This document shows positions 46,500-48,017 of a DNA stretch of 48,017 bases, in pieces; position 1 is the first letter of the stretch, and every line of letters begins with the position of its first letter. Made by a program: the position numbers and the translations under genes. The notes under the pieces were generated by a model, which saw only the letters and a list, made by a program, of their open reading frames with translations, searched no databases and was not told the origin of the DNA. Source of the DNA: Octopus bimaculoides (taxonomy: Eukaryota); contig NC_068981.1 in assembly GCF_001194135.2 (NCBI RefSeq), positions 198,360,225 through 198,408,241 on the forward strand, written 5' to 3'.

Positions 46500-46760
46500 T
46501 CATAAGGTGGTGAGTTCAATTCCTGGCAGACACTTTATTTCTTGTCACTCCAGTCCACTCACCTGGCAAAAATGAGTTGCACCTGTATTTCAAAGGGCCA
46601 GCCTTGTCACACTCTGTGTCACACTGAATCTCCCTGAGAACTATATCAAGAGTACTTGTGTCTGTGGAGTGCTCAGCCACTTCTGTATTATTTCCACGAG
46701 CAGGCTGTTCCGTTGATCGGATCAACTGGAACCCTTGTCGTCGTAACCAATAGAATGCCA
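46500..46760 (+). mobile_element. SINE family C (related copy ~45845-46030; inverted degenerate copy ~43230-43420)
   Basis: B-box-like gtgagttcaattcctgg; gacactttatttc...ctccagtccactca.ctgg.aaaaatgagttg shared between copies. Confidence 0.65.
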
Positions 46761-46986
46761 TTTTTTTCCTTTCTTGTTTATAGCTGGTCTCTATTTTGTG
46801 GTCAGATAATGGAAAAGATAAGAGTAGGATGTGTCAGTTATTGTCCAAGTTGATGGAACCTGTAGAAGAGGGAGACTAAGGAAAGTCAAGGAAGAACTGG
46901 AAAAAGATGGATGTGAAGGGATTCAACATCATTGAAATAAAAAAAGATCACAACAAATTCCAAAACGCTGCTGCTATCTCTCTCTC

Positions 46987-47021
<35 letters not shown>

Positions 47022-47079
47022 TTCTTTTTCTCTCTCTCTCTCTCTCACACACACACAGATATATTATTCAGGTACTTAC

Positions 47080-47304
47080 CTGCAGTTTGTTTCTTCTGAT
47101 TCTTCTTCTTTTAATTTCGTATTTGGTCTTCTGACCCCGAGTCGGTGTGATTCTGGTGTCACTGCTTTCTCTCCAGCAAGGTTTGTACCAGAAATATCCA
47201 AGGACACAAGATCAGGAAGACCGAGAATTATCCTGCTGAGAATTTTTTCAGGGTCTTGGTAATTTGTCTTTGATCTTTGGTCTAACATACCTAAATCAAG
47301 ATGC
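47080..47304 (-). CDS. ZER1: ZER1 exon (first in window), LRR region: (R)HLDLGMLDQRSKTNYQDPEKILSRIILGLPDLVSLDISGTNLAGEK...EETNC
   Basis: Acceptor tgcag|G at 47304 and donor AG|gtaagt at 47080; 225 nt, phase 2-2; LxxLDISG LRR motif. Confidence 0.92.
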
Positions 47305-47620
47305 CTGCAGCACAAAAAACAAAATAAGATATTGTAAATATTTCATTTAACAGCTATATTGTCTTGTTATATTTTTAATTAAAAACTATAATATCTAATT
47401 AGGAAGTTAATAATATGGAGTTAACCTTCATATTTCATCAATAAAATTTTTTTAAAAAGCCAACAAAAAGATCAAGAAAATATTTTAACTTTCAACAAAA
47501 AATTGTTTTATGAGAGAAATGAAGGCAGTATACTCTGCTGGGTGTGCGGCATCAGTGTGCTTGTATAGCAAAGTGCAAATGTGTTGAGAGAAAGGTTGGG
47601 TATAAGAGGAATCGAATGTA

Positions 47621-48017
47621 TTGGGTTGTCCGGAAAGTTCATGCCGATCTTTAAAGGAAAGAAAAAGGTCAAACCAAATATGAACCATTTTGTTGCACAA
47701 TGTGTCTCCATCTTTCCTGTAACATGAAAATACCCTCTTCCCAGAATTGAGGTGGTTTCATGGCAAAGAATTCATCAAGGTATCTTTTTACGTCATCCAA
47801 GGAATTGAAATTTTTACCATTAAGACTATTCTGCAGAAACTTGAATAAGTGGAAATCCGAAGGAGCAATATCTGGTGAATATGGAGGGTGGGGTAACACA
47901 TCCCAGCCGAGCTGCAGCAATTTTTGTCTGGTTCCCAAAGAAACGTGTGGACTTGCATTATCATGTTGGAAAACAACACCCTTCCTGTTGGCAAGTTCTG
48001 GACATTTCTCTTGAATT
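47621..48017 (-). mobile_element. Mariner (DD34D) transposon 3' end with right TIR; continues beyond window
   Basis: Open frame 48016-47669: ...GVVFQHDNASPH...WDVLPHPPYSPDIAPSDFHLF...NGSYLV*; TIR ttgggttgtccggaaagttc at 47621 after TA. Confidence 0.92.

Overview
Eukaryotic, AT-rich, repeat-dense genomic DNA with five N-gaps. The repeat families (tRNA-like SINEs, RTE LINE ends with (GAT)n tails) look like those of Octopus; this is inferred from recalled repeat sequences, not a database search. The window holds the 3' ~two-thirds of one minus-strand gene, a ZER1 (zer-1 homolog, CRL2 Gly/N-degron receptor family) orthologue. I reconstructed 15 GT-AG exons by hand between 47304 and ~4498. They are phase-consistent throughout and give ~520 codons with no stop; the 5' exons lie beyond the window and the stop codon is hidden in or beyond the 4264-4497 gap. 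The introns are filled with RTE, RTE-X and CR1 LINE fragments, at least three SINE families, three mariner pieces, piggyBac-like TTAA MITEs, Penelope-like remnants and microsatellites. Most long ORF-track entries are repeat or microsatellite artefacts. The most notable observations are: (1) a ~720-bp TIR element with a TATA target duplication that carries a SAP-domain plus SWIM-like ORF; (2) a ~96% identical inverted repeat pair bracketing exactly two ZER1 exons, a circRNA/ADAR-type arrangement; (3) two long palindromes in one intron, one with a degenerate hammerhead core and one sharing 267 bp of perfect identity with a copy 27.5 kb away; (4) a GIY-YIG fragment between ~400-bp inverted arms; (5) an uninterrupted D34D mariner C-terminus at the window edge.
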